Source of the DNA: Macrostomum lignano
Taxonomy: Eukaryota
NCBI GenBank assembly: GCA_002269645.1
Contig: NIVC01002123.1
Coordinates: forward strand, 138,706 to 202,705
Reading direction: 5' to 3'
Length of the DNA stretch: 64,000 nucleotides
The number at the start of each line of letters is the position of its first letter. Positions within the stretch are counted from its first letter, which is position 1. The notes under the pieces are model-generated. The model ran no database searches and was not told the DNA's origin. It saw only the letters and a program-made list of their open reading frames with translations. A program made the position numbers and the translations under genes. Below, piece by piece: positions 62,701 through 64,000 of the stretch.

Positions 62701-63890
62701 ACTCAATAAACTACTTAGTAAACTACTCAATAAACTACTCAAATAAACTACTCAACAAACTGCTCAATAAACTACTCAATAAACTACTTAGTAAACTACT
62801 CAATAAACTACTCAATAAACTACTCAACAAACTACTCAATAAACTACTCAATGAACTACTCAACAAACTACTCAATAAACTACTCAATAAACTACTTAGT
62901 AAACTACTCAATAAACTACTCAATAAACTACTCAACAAACTGCTCTCAATAAACTACTCAATAAACTACTCAGTAAACTGCTCATTAAACTACTCAATAA
63001 ACTACTCAGTAAACTGCTCAATAAACTACTCAATAAACTACTCAGTAAACTGCTCAGTAAAATTCTCAATAAAACTACTCAATAAACTACTCAATAAACT
63101 GCTCAACAAACTACTCAACAAACTACTCAATAAACTACTCAACATTCGTTTGGAGCATGTGAGCGTTAAAATTGGCCGGTAAGTTGTGCGTAAACAGCCA
63201 TGATGGCCAACCCCAAGGCACAAGACTGTACATGCCTGCAGAATAAAAAATCAGGGCTATTTTTTAGAGGCAGGGGGTGCTGTGCACCCTGTCTCACTTT
63301 AAGCGAAATTGTCACACAACTGGCGAGAGGCATTACTGCCATTCCGCCGACTCCCCTGAGCAGGCACTCACACAGGAGTGTACAGCGACCCAACTTTATT
63401 TATCTTCAGGCATGTACACTTCACTGTGGCTTGGGGGTCGGTCCTCAAGGCCGTTAACTGCACGAGCAGAGCCAAGCTGAGATTCCAATTTAGCCCCAAA
63501 TTAATGCGACTGCACTTGGAATCGAGCCTGGGCCGCTGGCACATCAGAGCGCCACCTTGTGTGCATGCATAACTGTGTGAAATGCATGACCTAGCTAGCT
63601 ACCATTGTCGGTGAACGGCTTGGACAGCCGATAGACGAACGAGTATCTTTGATCGTCCACCCGGGTGCAGTTGAGCTGGTGCCGCCTGCCGAGGCTCATG
63701 TGGATGGAGCGCTGGTTCTCCGGGTTTGCTAAAATCAAGCCGATAGTCCGAATGTATTGCTCAATTTAGTAATCATAATTCTAAATTCAAAGCTTGTCAG
63801 AGCTCACCTTCTTCGAAGATTAACACGCAAAGGATGTCGCCAAATGGATGCTGCATTGCGGGACCATCGCATCGGATCCTGGCTCTGTGC
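59748..63890 (-). CDS. Divergent Cys-loop ligand-gated ion channel subunit (GlyR/GluCl/GABA-like lineage), 3' part; exons 63808..63890, 63603..63728, 61859..62238 and a last exon ending at 59748 (5' boundary 60101 or 60111 unresolved)
   Basis: 83-bp exon encodes C-x13-C (RCDGPAMQHPFGDILC). Phase 2/1/1 junctions fit. M1 QYGLSFIMVLLSLTTVYFF, M3 YVNAMDIWYAMC (cf. YVKAIDIWM), M4 LLAMIVLPVWWTLFVATFW. 5' exons lie beyond the window. Confidence 0.8.
60192..61840. repeat. 16-bp minisatellite with two monomer types (CTGACACCAACCACAT and CTGACACTAACCCTAT) in the channel gene intron
   Basis: Direct reading; interrupted by a SINE at 61230. Confidence 0.96.
61230..61590 (+). mobile_element. Apparently full-length tRNA-derived SINE (about 360 bp) with poly(A) tail
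   Basis: GGGGCCGTAGCCCAGCGGTAG (A box) and GGCTTGATTCC (B box); body; A11 tail; GACACCAACCA on both flanks (61217-61227 and 61591-61601; within a minisatellite, so weak as a TSD). Confidence 0.85.
62285..63143. repeat. 12-bp minisatellite (TAAACTACTCAA)
   Basis: Direct reading; LLNK/LLSS ORFs are artefacts. Confidence 0.96.
63260..63553 (-). mobile_element. tRNA-derived SINE copy, 5'-truncated, with an internal deletion in the 3' body
   Basis: Reverse complement matches the 61230 copy from the B box to the CCCCTGCCTCTAAAAA tail. Confidence 0.82.
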
Positions 63891-63904
63891 CTGCGGGAGT
63901 GCGG

Positions 63905-64000
63905 GCAGTGGGTGTCTGTCCGAGTGGAGTGTCTGTCCGAGTGGTGCTGTCTGTCCGAGTGGGTGTCTGTCCGAGTGGGTGTCTTGTCCGAGTGGGCTGT
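63905..64000. repeat. 16-bp minisatellite (GTGGGTGTCTGTCCGA) running off the 3' edge
   Basis: Direct reading. Confidence 0.85.

Overview
Eukaryotic (metazoan) genomic DNA, not prokaryotic. It has GC-rich exons with canonical GT-AG introns embedded in AT-rich DNA, and most larger introns are filled by a different minisatellite. This architecture resembles that reported for the flatworm Macrostomum lignano; the species assignment is inference only. Eight protein-coding genes could be reconstructed by hand: a BSD-domain SYAP1/Sap47-like gene (-), two tandem SLC16/monocarboxylate-transporter paralogues (+), a somatostatin/allatostatin-C/MCH-like class A GPCR (-), two tandem N-myristoylated neuronal-calcium-sensor-like EF-hand genes (+), tropomodulin (+), and the 3' part of a highly divergent Cys-loop ligand-gated ion channel subunit (-, 5' exons off-window). 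Also present: about 25 micro/minisatellite arrays, several with higher-order structure; a 616-N gap; a tRNA-derived SINE family (4 copies plus 1 diverged relative); a 5'-truncated LOA-like LINE with a 13-bp TSD; non-autonomous DNA transposons with readable TSDs (hAT, P-like, MULE/foldback-like); and two almost CpG-free decayed TE patches. Most long ORFs in the supplied track are artefacts of tandem repeats. The most interesting items are the Cys-loop subunit with a non-canonical pore, the localised CpG erasure of old TEs, the intron-specific minisatellites that grade into splice-site flanks, gene-conversion tracts between the MCT paralogues, and the structured SINE. All coordinates were counted by hand; array edges are approximate.
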